Positions 1 through 11,272 of a stretch of DNA of 64,000 nt are shown here, in pieces. Numbering within the stretch: the stretch's first letter is position 1; each line of letters starts with the position of its first letter. The stretch lies in the NCBI GenBank assembly GCA_965248355.1, contig OZ252098.1, positions 4,128,001 to 4,192,000 of the forward strand, read 5' to 3'. Origin of the DNA: Candidatus Latescibacterota bacterium. GTDB lineage: Bacteria; Latescibacterota; UBA2968; UBA8231. Under the pieces are notes generated by a model. It had not been told where the DNA came from and did no database searches. It was given only the letters and a program-made list of their open reading frames with translations. Both the position numbers and the translations under genes were made by a program.

Positions 1-701
1 AGGCTCTCAACTTCGGCGATATCCCGATCACCACCGAGGATCAGCCGGACGGAACGGGGGGCGAATTCTCTCCGACATTCTTCACCTTGGGGCTCCACTA
101 CGGCCGTAACCTGACCGACCGCATCTCGGTTGGCGGCACGTCCCACTACGTCATCAACCGCATCGAGCGGGTCGAGGGCACCGCCCTGTCCTTCAGCGCC
201 GGTCTGCAGTACGCGAATCTGGCCGACGTGGACGGACTGAATCTCGGCGTGGCCGTCAAGCATATCGGCCAGCGCATGCAGTACGACGGCCCCGGCCTGC
301 TGCGCCGCGGCGGTCTCGACGGCCTGCGCCGGCCTCCGGCGGACTACAAGGTGCAGGCCTCCTCGGCCGACCTGCCGTCCCTGTTCGAGATCGGTCTTGG
401 CTACCGCTATCGTCCGTCCGGTCTCGGCGAGCTCAACATCCACTCCGTGTTTCGCCACAACAACTACACCTACGATCAGTTCCGCACCGGCGTGGAGTAC
501 GGCGTGACCAGGATGCTCAGCCTGCGTGCGGGCTTCGATTACGCCTCGAGCTCCGACGAGGACTACCTCTACGGCACGAGCTTCGGTTTCGGCCTGCGGA
601 CGGATCTCGGGGCGTTGCAGGATGTCCGTGTCGACTACGCGTACACCTCGGTCGACCTCTTCGACCCTCTGAACACTTTTACCTTCCAGGTGGGCTTCTA
701 A
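1..701 (+). CDS. PorV/PorQ-like outer-membrane beta-barrel protein, 5'-partial
   Basis: Frame appears open from the window start; alternating beta-strand pattern, LRAG and VDYAY motifs, C-terminal Phe (TFTFQVGF). Confidence 0.7.
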   Translation, partial: ALNFGDIPITTEDQPDGTGGEFSPTFFTLGLHYGRNLTDRISVGGTSHYVINRIERVEGTALSFSAGLQYANLADVDGLNLGVAVKHIGQRMQYDGPGLLRRGGLDGLRRPPADYKVQASSADLPSLFEIGLGYRYRPSGLGELNIHSVFRHNNYTYDQFRTGVEYGVTRMLSLRAGFDYASSSDEDYLYGTSFGFGLRTDLGALQDVRVDYAYTSVDLFDPLNTFTFQVGF

Positions 702-705
702 CAGG

Positions 706-1725
706 GTGCGCCGGTCACTCCCTCGTCTCGGGGCCGCACTCCTTCTGGGGTGTGGCCCCGTCCTGTTCGGCTGCCAGAGCTCGGCGCTCACGGCGGGAAA
801 GCTCTACGTCAATCAGGAGAAGTACGATAAGGCCCGGGAGCAGCTCGAGCTCGCGGTCGAGGAGAAGCCCGACGACCCCGAGGCGTTCTTCCACCTGGGA
901 TGGGTTCTCGGCCTGCAGGGCGACTACCGGGCCATGGCCGATGCCTTCGACCGGGCCGGGGAGCTGAGTTCCCGGTTCGACGAGAAGATCGCGGAAGAGC
1001 GACGGCGTTACGGGACGCGGATCTACAACCACGGGGTCCTCGCCGCCTCCGGCGACGACCCTGATCTGGAGGCCGCGCGGCGTCACTTCACCCTCACCGT
1101 GCGGGTACTGCCACAAGAGCTCACGGCCTGGCGCAACCTGGCCGTGATCGACTATCAGCTCGGGGATCTGGATGACGCCGTCGCCGGGTTCGAGCACGTT
1201 GTCTCCCAGGCGCCCGACGATACCTCGACCTACCGTATGCTGGGCGACCTCCACCTGAGCCAGCGGCGCTACGAGGAGGCGGGCCTCTGCTTCGAGGAGG
1301 TGCTGAAGCACGGCGACCATCAAGGCGCTCTGGTCCACCTGGCCATGGTCCGCATGGATCAGGACCGGCCGGCGGAGGCCGGGGAGCTGCTGCGGCGCGC
1401 CCTGGCCGCGAACCCGGACTGCTTCGGATGCCACTTCACCCTGGGCAACCTGCACTGGTCCGCTGAGGAATACGAGGTGGCCCGCGGGCACTTCGAGCGA
1501 GCCGTCGACCTGGACGACGGGGACGCGGACGCTCGTTTCAATCTCGCCATCACCTACCTTGCCCTGGAGGAGCTGGATCTCGCTCTCCCCCTGCTCGAGC
1601 GGCTGTCCACCGAGCTTCCGGAAAACGCCTCGGTGTGGCGCGAGCTTGGCCGCATCTACGCCCTGAGGGCCCGTATCCAGGAGAGTGAGGCGGCCTACGA
1701 GAGGGCCACCGCCCTCGGCCAGTAG
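706..1725 (+). CDS. TPR-repeat lipoprotein
   Basis: Signal peptide with lipobox LFGC; multiple TPR-like repeats (AFFHLG, AWRNLA, ARFNLA). Confidence 0.8.
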   Translation: MRRSLPRLGAALLLGCGPVLFGCQSSALTAGKLYVNQEKYDKAREQLELAVEEKPDDPEAFFHLGWVLGLQGDYRAMADAFDRAGELSSRFDEKIAEERRRYGTRIYNHGVLAASGDDPDLEAARRHFTLTVRVLPQELTAWRNLAVIDYQLGDLDDAVAGFEHVVSQAPDDTSTYRMLGDLHLSQRRYEEAGLCFEEVLKHGDHQGALVHLAMVRMDQDRPAEAGELLRRALAANPDCFGCHFTLGNLHWSAEEYEVARGHFERAVDLDDGDADARFNLAITYLALEELDLALPLLERLSTELPENASVWRELGRIYALRARIQESEAAYERATALGQ

Positions 1726-1842
1726 CATCCCCGAAATCGGTCGAGGTCCCAGGAAAGACAGTTCCGCCCGATCCAGAAGGCCCCTGCCAGAGGGAGGTTC
1801 AGAGGTCCGCTGCCTGAGGCGACCTTCCCGGACCAGCATGCC

Positions 1843-2898
1843 ATGCCCATCTCCCGCGCCCACGCCCTGCGACATTTTGTCCTCCGGCGCCTGCTCCTGA
1901 TCCTGCCCACCTTGCTGGGCATCACCTTTCTCGTCTTCCTCCTGTGCCAGTTCGTGCCGGGCGGTCCCATCGACCAGATGAAGATGCGCATCGCCGGGGC
2001 CGATCAGGCCGGAGAGGCCGGGGTGGCGGGCACCCGGCGCCTGTCGTCCGCCGAAATCCCGGAGGCGGATCTGGAGAGCCTGCGGCGGTACTACGGCTTC
2101 GACCGCCCCCTGCTGGTGCGCTACGGTCTGTACCTGGCGAACCTGGCCACCTTCGACCTGGGCGATTCGTTCCGCTACACGATGCCGGTGGAGGACCTCA
2201 TCGTCACCCGCCTGCCCATCTCCGTCTACTTCGGCGGGATTGCCTTCCTGCTGACCTATTCGGTCTGCATCCCTCTCGGTATCCTCAAGGCCCTGCGCCA
2301 CAAGACCAGCTTCGACAACCTCACATCGTTGCTCATCTTCCTCGGGTACGCCATCCCGGGGTACGCCCTGGGGGCCGTGCTGCTGGCCCTCTTCGCCGTG
2401 CAACGGGACTGGTTTCCCCTGGCCGGATTCGAGAGTCAGGGCTTCGCCGACCTGAGCCTGTTCGGCAAGATCCAGGACCGCCTGCACCACACGGCGCTGC
2501 CCGTCCTCTGCTTTGCCATCCACCTCTTCGCCTTCATGACGATCCTCATGAAGAACAGCCTGCTGGAGAGCATGGGGGCCGACTACGTCAAGACCGCCCT
2601 CGCCAAAGGCATGACCTGGAGGCGCTCGGTCTTCGTCCACGCCCTGCGCAATTCGCTGATCCCCATCGCCACCAGCTTCGGGAACAACATCTCCCTGATC
2701 CTCGCCGGCTCCCTGCTCATCGAGCGGGTCTTCGGGATCCCCGGCATGGGCCTGCTGTTCTTCGAGGCCATCACGGCGCGCGACTATCCCGTGGTGATGG
2801 GTTACATCTTCATCTCCTCGGCCCTGCTGCTGGTGGGGAACCTGCTCAGCGACCTGTGCGTGGCGGGGGTCGATCCGCGGGTGAGGTTCGGCGAGTGA
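1843..2898 (+). CDS. Oligopeptide ABC transporter permease (OppB/YejB-like)
   Basis: LRRLLLILPTL N-terminus, PGGP, DYVKTALAKG EAA-loop, HALRNSLIP. Confidence 0.92.
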   Translation: MPISRAHALRHFVLRRLLLILPTLLGITFLVFLLCQFVPGGPIDQMKMRIAGADQAGEAGVAGTRRLSSAEIPEADLESLRRYYGFDRPLLVRYGLYLANLATFDLGDSFRYTMPVEDLIVTRLPISVYFGGIAFLLTYSVCIPLGILKALRHKTSFDNLTSLLIFLGYAIPGYALGAVLLALFAVQRDWFPLAGFESQGFADLSLFGKIQDRLHHTALPVLCFAIHLFAFMTILMKNSLLESMGADYVKTALAKGMTWRRSVFVHALRNSLIPIATSFGNNISLILAGSLLIERVFGIPGMGLLFFEAITARDYPVVMGYIFISSALLLVGNLLSDLCVAGVDPRVRFGE

Positions 2899-3959
2899 TC
2901 GGCCTTCGCCCGGACCCGGTCACGCGCCTTCGCCTGCGCCGGTTCCGGCGCATCCGCCGAGGCTATTGCTCCTTCCTGATCCTGTTGGGTCTCACGGTCC
3001 TGTCCCTGTTCTCCAACTACATCGCCAACCGGCGGGCCATCGTCGTCTGCCATGAGGGGGAGATCTACTTCCCCACCTTCCGCTTCCATGACATGGCCAC
3101 CTTCGGCCAGCAGGACGAGTACGGGTTCGACGACGTGGAGGCCGACTACGCGGCGCTGCGGACGCAGTTCGAGGAGGCGGCCGCCGGCGACTGGGTGTGG
3201 ATGCCGGTGGTGCCCTTCGACCCCTACGAGCCGGACTTCAGCTATGACGATCCGCCGCCGAACCCCCCGGATTCGCGGCACTGGTTCGGCACCGACTCCC
3301 AGGGCCGGGACGTCTTCGCCCGGCTGCTCTACGGTTTTCGCATCTCCATCCTCTTCGCCGCCGCCCTGGTCTTCACCGGCCAGACGGCGGGCACCGTCAT
3401 CGGCTCCCTCCAGGGATTCGTGGGCGGCCGCTTCGACATCCTCAGCCAGAGGTTCATCGAGATCTGGTCCACCCTGCCCTTCCTGTACGTGGTGATCCTC
3501 CTGGCCACCTTCTTCAAGCCCAGCTTCGGGCTGCTGCTGGTGATCATGGGCCTCTTCGAATGGATCCGCATGACCTACTACATGCGCACCGAGATGTACC
3601 GGGAGAAGACACGCGACTACTGCCTTGCGGCGCGTTCCTTCGGTGCTTCGCGCTGGCGGCTCATCTTCCGCCACCTGCTGCCGAACTGCCTCACCCCCCT
3701 GGTGACGATCACGCCCTTCGCCGTGGTCGGCGCCATCAGCGCCCTCACGGCCCTGGACTATCTCGGGTACGGCCTGCCGGCGCCGACGCCGAGTTGGGGG
3801 GAGATGATCGACCAGGCCCTGGACAGCCAGAACCGGGACAAGATCTGGCTCTCCGTGGCCCCCTTTTCCGCCCTCTCCGTAACCCTGGTGTTGGTCACCC
3901 TCGTGGGCGAATCCATCCGCGAGGCCTTCGATCCCAAGCAGTACGCCCACTACCGCTAG
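2895..3959 (+). CDS. Oligopeptide ABC transporter permease (OppC/YejE-like)
   Basis: GTG start overlapping upstream TGA; HWFGTDSQGRDVFARLLYGFRIS, PTPSWGEMI. Confidence 0.92.
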   Translation: MIGLRPDPVTRLRLRRFRRIRRGYCSFLILLGLTVLSLFSNYIANRRAIVVCHEGEIYFPTFRFHDMATFGQQDEYGFDDVEADYAALRTQFEEAAAGDWVWMPVVPFDPYEPDFSYDDPPPNPPDSRHWFGTDSQGRDVFARLLYGFRISILFAAALVFTGQTAGTVIGSLQGFVGGRFDILSQRFIEIWSTLPFLYVVILLATFFKPSFGLLLVIMGLFEWIRMTYYMRTEMYREKTRDYCLAARSFGASRWRLIFRHLLPNCLTPLVTITPFAVVGAISALTALDYLGYGLPAPTPSWGEMIDQALDSQNRDKIWLSVAPFSALSVTLVLVTLVGESIREAFDPKQYAHYR

Positions 3960-3973
3960 ACGAAAGGACCGCC

Positions 3974-5794
3974 ATGGGGCGTCGATTCCCTCTCTTCATC
4001 CTTCTGCTGCTCGCCATGGGCGCTCGCTCAGGCGCCGCGGATCTCTCGTCCATCGAGTGGGTGACCAACGCCGAGGATCCGCCCATCGGCGATCCGGCCG
4101 CCCAAGAGGGGGGCGAGATCCGCCTGTACATGACCGCCTATCCCCTGACCCTGCGCATCGTCGGTCCCAATTCCAACGACGCCTTCGCTGCCTGGAAGCG
4201 GGCCTTCACCATGGCTCTGACCATGGTCACCCGGCACCCGACGACGGACCGCCACATCCCGGTCATGGCGACGCACTGGTCGGTGCAGGCGGACGGGCGC
4301 ACCGTCTACTACAGGCTGGATCCCGACGCCCGCTGGAGCGACGGGAGGCCGGTCACGGCGGAGGACTACGTGCACACCTGGCGGATGATGCGCAGCGAGC
4401 ACATCGTCGATCCGTTCTTCAACCAGTACGCCGAGGACTACTTCGAGGAAGTCGTGGCCCTCGAGCCTCACGTGCTCAAGATCGTGGGCAGGTTCGAGAG
4501 CTGGCGGCCCCTGGACATGTTCGATCTCTGGGCCACCCCGAGGCACGCCGTCACCCTCGAGGAGGGGTTCCCCGACCGCTACAACGACGCGGTCCTGCCG
4601 GTGCAGGGGGCGTACGTGCTCACCGAGCGGGTCCCCGGGCAGTACGTCGTGTTCGAGCGCCTCGAGGACTGGTGGGGCCGGGACAAGCGCTACATGCAGG
4701 GCCTGTTCAACGTGGACCGCATCCACGTGCGCGTCATCGACGACTCGGATCGCGCCTTCGACTTTTTCAGGAAGGGAGAGCTCGACTGCTACGGCGTGAA
4801 CACGGCCCGCATGTGGGCCGAGGAGATGGACTTCGAGGCCCTGCAGAAGGGCTGGGCCCACCGCAAGCGGCTCTTCGTCGACTATCCCCAGGGCGTGTAC
4901 GGCTTCGCCATGAACCTCGAGCGGCCGATCTTCCAGAACAAGGACTTCCGCAAGGCGATCCAGTACCTCTTCCACTTCGAGGAGATCAACACCAAGCTCA
5001 TGCACGGCGCCTACTACCGGCAGGTCTCGGCCTTTACGGGCACAGAGTACCAGAACCGGGATCTGGTGCCGTACGCCTTCGACCCGCGCAAGGCGCGCGA
5101 GCACCTGAGGGCCGCGGGCTTCACCGGGCGGGGGGAGGACGGCATCCTGGTCGACGGGAATGGCACCCGCGCCGCCTTCACCCTCTCCTATGGGAGCAAG
5201 GGCCTGGAGCGGCACATGACGGTGGTCAGGCAGACCTTCCAGCGCTTCGGCGTCGACATGGCGCTGCGCCTGCTGGAGCCCGGCACCGCCTTCCGCAACG
5301 GTCTGGAGCGCGAGTACGAGATGACCATCATGGGGCGCACCGCCGGCCTCTTCCCGAGTCCCCATCAGTACTTCTCCTCCGTCTACAAGGAGTCGAAGAA
5401 CAACAACAACGTCTGGGGCTTCGGGACCGCCTACACGGATTCCCTCATCGACGTCTACCGCTTCGACACGGACAAGGAGCGCCGTCTGGCGGCGATGCAC
5501 GAGCTCGACGCCATCGTCCAGGACGAGGCCTTCTACGTGCCTTTCTGGCAGGCGCCCTTCATTCGTTTCCTGCACTGGGACCACGTCCGTTTCCCGGAGT
5601 TCTACTTCCCCAAGCGCACCCAGCAGATGACCGACTGGCAGGTGTTCTGGGTCGACGAGGAGCGGGGCCGGCGCCTGCGGGAGGCCATGGCGGAAGGCCG
5701 TTCCCTCGGCCAGGACACGGTCGTCGACATCGACCCCTACCAGGTGAAGGACCGCATCGAAGCCGCCCTGAGGGCCGCGGCCGGCTCGGAGTAG
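3974..5794 (+). CDS. ABC transporter extracellular solute-binding protein family 5 (YejA-like)
   Basis: AAGGA RBS, signal peptide, ARWSDGRPVTAED motif. Confidence 0.9.
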   Translation: MGRRFPLFILLLLAMGARSGAADLSSIEWVTNAEDPPIGDPAAQEGGEIRLYMTAYPLTLRIVGPNSNDAFAAWKRAFTMALTMVTRHPTTDRHIPVMATHWSVQADGRTVYYRLDPDARWSDGRPVTAEDYVHTWRMMRSEHIVDPFFNQYAEDYFEEVVALEPHVLKIVGRFESWRPLDMFDLWATPRHAVTLEEGFPDRYNDAVLPVQGAYVLTERVPGQYVVFERLEDWWGRDKRYMQGLFNVDRIHVRVIDDSDRAFDFFRKGELDCYGVNTARMWAEEMDFEALQKGWAHRKRLFVDYPQGVYGFAMNLERPIFQNKDFRKAIQYLFHFEEINTKLMHGAYYRQVSAFTGTEYQNRDLVPYAFDPRKAREHLRAAGFTGRGEDGILVDGNGTRAAFTLSYGSKGLERHMTVVRQTFQRFGVDMALRLLEPGTAFRNGLEREYEMTIMGRTAGLFPSPHQYFSSVYKESKNNNNVWGFGTAYTDSLIDVYRFDTDKERRLAAMHELDAIVQDEAFYVPFWQAPFIRFLHWDHVRFPEFYFPKRTQQMTDWQVFWVDEERGRRLREAMAEGRSLGQDTVVDIDPYQVKDRIEAALRAAAGSE

Positions 5795-5806
5795 CCGGGC
5801 AGCCCC

Positions 5807-6777
5807 ATGACGCTGCTGCGAGTCGAGGACCTGCGCACCGTGTTCCACACGGAGGAAGGCGTGGTGCAGGCGGTGGACGGCGTCTCCTTCGACGTCCGTG
5901 CCGGCTCGACCCTGGGGATCGTCGGGGAGTCGGGCTGCGGCAAGAGCGTCAGCGCCATGTCGGTGATGCGGCTCATCCCCGACCCGCCCGGGCGCATCGA
6001 GGGCGGCCGGGTCCTGTGGAAGGGGAGGGACCTGCTCGCCCTCGACGCCGACGACATGCCCGGCATCCGTGGACGGGAGATCGCCATGATCTTCCAGGAC
6101 CCCATGACCTCCCTCAACCCGGTCTTCACCGTCCGCCGGCAGCTCGGGGAGGTGCTCGAGAAGCGTTTCGGGATGCGAGGGGAGGCGGCCGACGCGCGCA
6201 TGGTGGAGATGCTGCAACGGGTGGGCATCGCCGATGCGGAGGATCGGCTGGTCCAGTATCCCCACGAGCTCAGCGGCGGCATGAAGCAGCGCATCATGAT
6301 CGCCATGGCCCTCATGTGCGAGCCGAACCTGCTCATCGCCGACGAGCCTACCACCGCCCTCGACGTGACCGTGCAGGCCCAGATCCTGCATCTGATGAAG
6401 CAGCTCCAGCGAGAGCTCGGCACGGCCATCCTGCTCATCACCCACGACATGGGTGTCGTGGCCGAGACCTGCGACGAGGTGGTGGTCATGTACGCCGGCA
6501 AGGTGGTGGAACGCTGCGGAGTGATGGAGCTCTTCGAGGGGAGCCGCCACCCCTACACGCGGGGCCTCCTCGAGAGCATCCTGCGGCCCGGCCGGCCGAG
6601 AGGCGCCGGCGTGCCCACCATCGAGGGTGTCGTGCCCTCCCTCCTGGATCCTCCGCCCGGCTGCCGCTTCGCCGACCGCTGTCCCCGCGCCGAGGAGCGG
6701 TGCCGCCGGCAGGACCCGCCCCTGGAGCCGGTCGCCGACGGCCACCAGGCCGCCTGCCACTTCCCCCTGGATCCACG

Positions 6778-6781
<4 letters not shown>
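5807..6781 (+). CDS. Peptide ABC transporter ATP-binding subunit (OppD/DppD)
   Basis: [27 protein letters not shown]-terminal Cys cluster. Confidence 0.95.
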
Positions 6782-7755
<974 letters not shown>

Positions 7756-7769
7756 CTGCGAGGGCAGTC

Positions 7770-7791
7770 CCCCCGGGGCCCCCCCCGGGGG
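7770..7791. terminator. GC-rich hairpin between convergent operons (possible terminator)
   Basis: CCCCCGGGG-CCCC-CCCCGGGGG inverted repeat; no U-tract. Confidence 0.35.
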
Positions 7792-7812
7792 AGGCGCGGC
7801 GCGGCCGGCGCC

Positions 7813-8538
7813 CTACATCAGGTGGAGCCAGTCGTCGAGCAGGAAGCTGACGCGCCCGATGAGGAGGGACAGGCGGGCCATGACCGTGTACCCGAAGGAG
7901 GCGCCGAAGGAGATCATCAGGAACCAGATGCCGACCTTGGAGGCGTGGCCAACGGCGCCGGTGTGCTCCACGGAGAAGAAGAAGTAGATGAGCACCGTCA
8001 GGACCCCCACGAGGATCAGGATCAGGTTCAGGCCCTCCAGAGACAGGGTGATCGGTCTCAAGCTGGGCTCGATCTGGGCGAGCACGAAGGAGGACAGGTA
8101 CCGGGGGATGGTAAGGCCGGCACCGACGCCGACGACGAAGGCGAAAGACAGGCGACTGAGCCAGCCGAAGCGGCGGGAGAACCGGGTCAGCATCAGCAGG
8201 CCCAGGAAGGTCGGGAACAGCATCACCCAAGGGTCGTGGCCCCCGGCGCCGGCTCCGCCCAGATCGAAGAAGGTGCGGATGATGTCGTCGAGGAAGACGT
8301 TGTACCAGGTGATGCCGAAGACGTACGCGGCGGCCACGCCCACATACACGTGCTCGGCGACCTTGAAGAGGGGGTTGTCCTTGTAGAGGAAGCTGTACAG
8401 GGACAGGGTGAACCCGGCGGCGACGATGACGCCCACGCCCTCCCAGTCGAGGCCGAGAAGCCCGTTGCCGATGAGCACGGCGTTGGCCGCGGCGAAGAGG
8501 GCGACGAAGCCGGCGAAGAGGTACAGGTCTCGAGTCAT
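7813..8538 (-). CDS. Conserved multi-pass membrane protein of the GlmL-like cluster
   Basis: Mostly hydrophobic, several TM segments; YSFLYKDNP, YFFFS and FGASFGYTVMARLSLL motifs. Confidence 0.8.
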   Translation of the reverse strand: MTRDLYLFAGFVALFAAANAVLIGNGLLGLDWEGVGVIVAAGFTLSLYSFLYKDNPLFKVAEHVYVGVAAAYVFGITWYNVFLDDIIRTFFDLGGAGAGGHDPWVMLFPTFLGLLMLTRFSRRFGWLSRLSFAFVVGVGAGLTIPRYLSSFVLAQIEPSLRPITLSLEGLNLILILVGVLTVLIYFFFSVEHTGAVGHASKVGIWFLMISFGASFGYTVMARLSLLIGRVSFLLDDWLHLM

Positions 8539-8545
8539 GGCGGCC

Positions 8546-9376
8546 TCAGGCCTGCCCGTCCCGCCGGCGGGCGGCGAAGTAGGCGACGTTGCCCAGGATG
8601 ATGAACAGGACGATGATCACGTGGGTCACGGACTGCGGCTCCATGCCCTCGGTGGCTCGACCGGGTGCGTCCACGAGCGTCTCGTACTCGGCGGCCCCCG
8701 CCAGCCCGCCGAGGAGGCCGACGAGCTGCCCCGACTGCAGGAAGGGGTAGAGGTCGGGCGCCATCACCGCGGTGCAGCCGCCGCCGAAGGGGAACCGGTG
8801 CTTCTCCTGGCCGTACGGGATCCACCAGAACTCCATGGAGTCGCCGGCGGCGAAGTCGAAGACGAAGGAGAAGTCCTTCAGGCTCTCCACGCCCTCCATC
8901 ACCGGCAGATGGCCCACCGGGGTACCCTCCGTGTCGAAGGGGAAGGTGTCGGCCACGCTCTGCCCCATGTTCAGGATCACCGCCTGATAGCCGATCTTGT
9001 AGCCCAGAAAGGCGTAGTCGACGCCGTACCGGCGGCCGAACTCGGCGGCCAGCTCGTCCATCACCGGCTGGGCCAGCCCCACCGCCTCCGGCCACAGGCA
9101 GATGGCGACCACCTTCAGCCCGCGCTCGAAGAGGTGGCGCAGGACGGCGCGGGTCATGGGCACCATCTCCGGCTCGGTGCTGGCGCCGTACGAGAACGAG
9201 ACCAGCACCGGCCGGCCGGCGTCCTCCGCAGCCACCCTCTCGATCTCGTCGTACACCGAGCGCACCGTGGGAGACGGCTTGATCGGCAGGGGGATGTCCA
9301 CGAGCAGGGGGATGGCCACGCCCAGGAAGACGAAGACGAAGATGTAGCGGCGGTCCAGGTTGATCAGTCGGTCCAT
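8546..9376 (-). CDS. Membrane-anchored protein (TM - soluble domain - TM) of the GlmL-like cluster
   Basis: ATG at 9376 after GGAG RBS; N- and C-terminal TM helices; YPFLQSGQLVGLLGGLAGAAEYE. Confidence 0.8.
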   Translation of the reverse strand: MDRLINLDRRYIFVFVFLGVAIPLLVDIPLPIKPSPTVRSVYDEIERVAAEDAGRPVLVSFSYGASTEPEMVPMTRAVLRHLFERGLKVVAICLWPEAVGLAQPVMDELAAEFGRRYGVDYAFLGYKIGYQAVILNMGQSVADTFPFDTEGTPVGHLPVMEGVESLKDFSFVFDFAAGDSMEFWWIPYGQEKHRFPFGGGCTAVMAPDLYPFLQSGQLVGLLGGLAGAAEYETLVDAPGRATEGMEPQSVTHVIIVLFIILGNVAYFAARRRDGQA

Positions 9377-9378
9377 GG

Positions 9379-10047
9379 TTACTCCTCCTCCTCCTCCCCC
9401 CCGCCGCCGAGGTAGGAACGCTCGATGCCGAAGATGATCCGCAGGGAGGTGGCGATGGCGCCGAGACTGACGCCCAGGAGGATGCCGCGCTTGGCCGCCA
9501 GGTTGGGCACCGTCATGAGCCACCGCATGCTCTCGGGGAGGGCCTCGGAGATGTAGCCGCCGATCGGCACCCGTCCGAGCATGACGATCACCGCCGAGAC
9601 CAGCAGGATGGCCGCCTCGGGCGTGCGCGCCCGGAAGGTGCGGTAGGCCGCCGAGGAGATGAAGAAGGCGAGGGTGGAGAACATGGTGGCCGAGCTGGCC
9701 ACCTGGATGTTGGTGAACATCCACTGGTAGGCGCCGGTCTTCGACTGCGCCTCCAGGGGGCCGAGGCCCTCGTTGTAGAGGACGAAGAGGCACATGACGC
9801 CGAAGCTGATGTAGACGACCAGGCTGTAGGCCCAGCCCGCCTGCCGCAGCCGGATCTTCGACCAGTGCAGGTTGAGGAGGCTGTAGAGACCGAGGAAGTA
9901 GGCGAAGGCGGAGACCACCCGCAGCCACAGGGCGAAGGCCTGCGTCGTCTCTTCGGCATAGGGGTGGGGGCTGTAGAAGATGGCGAAGCCGGTGACGCCG
10001 AAGAGGAAGCAGATGACGAAGGGCAGGGTCCGTGTCAGGAATGGCAT
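9379..10047 (-). CDS. Multi-pass membrane protein of the GlmL-like cluster
   Basis: Hydrophobic; TMFSTLAFFISSAAYRTFRAR motif; acidic tail. Confidence 0.8.
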   Translation of the reverse strand: MPFLTRTLPFVICFLFGVTGFAIFYSPHPYAEETTQAFALWLRVVSAFAYFLGLYSLLNLHWSKIRLRQAGWAYSLVVYISFGVMCLFVLYNEGLGPLEAQSKTGAYQWMFTNIQVASSATMFSTLAFFISSAAYRTFRARTPEAAILLVSAVIVMLGRVPIGGYISEALPESMRWLMTVPNLAAKRGILLGVSLGAIATSLRIIFGIERSYLGGGGEEEEE

Positions 10048-10057
10048 CGGCTTCCTC

Positions 10058-11272
10058 TCACAGGGAGGCGAGCAGGTGGGTCAGGAAGTCGACGCCGGCC
10101 GTGGCCAGGGCGGTGCCGGCCAGGAGCACGAGGATGAGCACGGCCTTGCCCACGTCCTGTCCCCGCAGGCTGCCCAGGAGGCGCGGCTCCTTCGACAGGT
10201 AGGCGCTGGCCGCGTAGAGCTCCTCCCCCATCAGGGTGTAGTCGCAGGTGGTGACGAAGAACGGCAGCTGCGTGTACGCGTCGGTGCCGGCGATCTGGAT
10301 GGCGCCGGTGGTGCTGCCGGTCTCGGCCAGCAGCAGTGACTCGGCGTAGAAGTAGCCCATCATGATGTGCGCCGCCGGACGGTCCCGGACCATGATGCCC
10401 TCCAGGGCCGCGGCGTAGGAGAACTGCTCGGTGCCGGCTATGAACACGTCATCGGGCCGGTAGGCGTCGGGCCGGCCCTCCTCCAGGCAGGCCTCCTTCA
10501 CCACCTCCTGGCTCACCGACATGACCACGGGGTCGACGTTGGCCACCCGCAGATGGGCGTCGAGGCGCGCCGTGCGCCGGGCCACGCGTCCGAGGATGTT
10601 GACCGCGGCGATCGTCGGGATCTGGTCCATGCCCTTCAGACCGTGGACGAACAGCACTGAGCGGCCCATCTCGGTGGCGCGCCCCAGGGCCTCGTCGAGC
10701 GCTTCCAGGCCGGCGATGCGCCGGATGTACAGCTCCCGGCGCCTGGCCACGGCGATGAACAGGAGGATGACCACCGACAGGGCCACGGCGAGCACGAGGT
10801 TGTTCAGCTTGGCGGTGTTGAACAGGTTGGCCGCCGGCGCGGCCTCGGCCACCGGGCTGCGTCTCGCCGCCGCGCCGTCCCCGGCGACGAGTCGGGCATA
10901 GTAGGTCCTGCCGTCCTCCAGCGGCGTCGGCTTCTCCTCCCCTTTCGGGGTGTAACCGGTGAGGTGCAGAACGTGGTGGTCCGCGTTGTTGGGATCGAGA
11001 CCGAACAGGGCCGGCTCGTCGGACTTGCGCCCCGGGGCCAGGGTCTCGGCGGCCGGGTGGAAGGGACCCTCCGGGGATTCGGCGAGGTAGACCCGGTAGC
11101 CGCCGTCCTCGGGGGCGGCTGCGGCACGCCAGGTCAGGCTCAGACCCCCGCCGGCGTCGTTCGGCGTGTCGAACAGATCGATGTCGATCACCGGGGTTTC
11201 CTGCGCCCCGGCCGCGGCGAGCAGCCCGAGCACGGCGATCAAGGGCAGGGTTGTTCTCAAGCCTCCAGTCAT
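10058..11272 (-). CDS. Secreted FN3-like domain plus DUF6754-like membrane domain protein
   Basis: Signal peptide, DTPND-GG-LSLTW beta-sandwich start, IRRIAGLEALDEALGRATEMG, GEELYAASAYL. Confidence 0.75.
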   Translation of the reverse strand: MTGGLRTTLPLIAVLGLLAAAGAQETPVIDIDLFDTPNDAGGGLSLTWRAAAAPEDGGYRVYLAESPEGPFHPAAETLAPGRKSDEPALFGLDPNNADHHVLHLTGYTPKGEEKPTPLEDGRTYYARLVAGDGAAARRSPVAEAAPAANLFNTAKLNNLVLAVALSVVILLFIAVARRRELYIRRIAGLEALDEALGRATEMGRSVLFVHGLKGMDQIPTIAAVNILGRVARRTARLDAHLRVANVDPVVMSVSQEVVKEACLEEGRPDAYRPDDVFIAGTEQFSYAAALEGIMVRDRPAAHIMMGYFYAESLLLAETGSTTGAIQIAGTDAYTQLPFFVTTCDYTLMGEELYAASAYLSKEPRLLGSLRGQDVGKAVLILVLLAGTALATAGVDFLTHLLASL

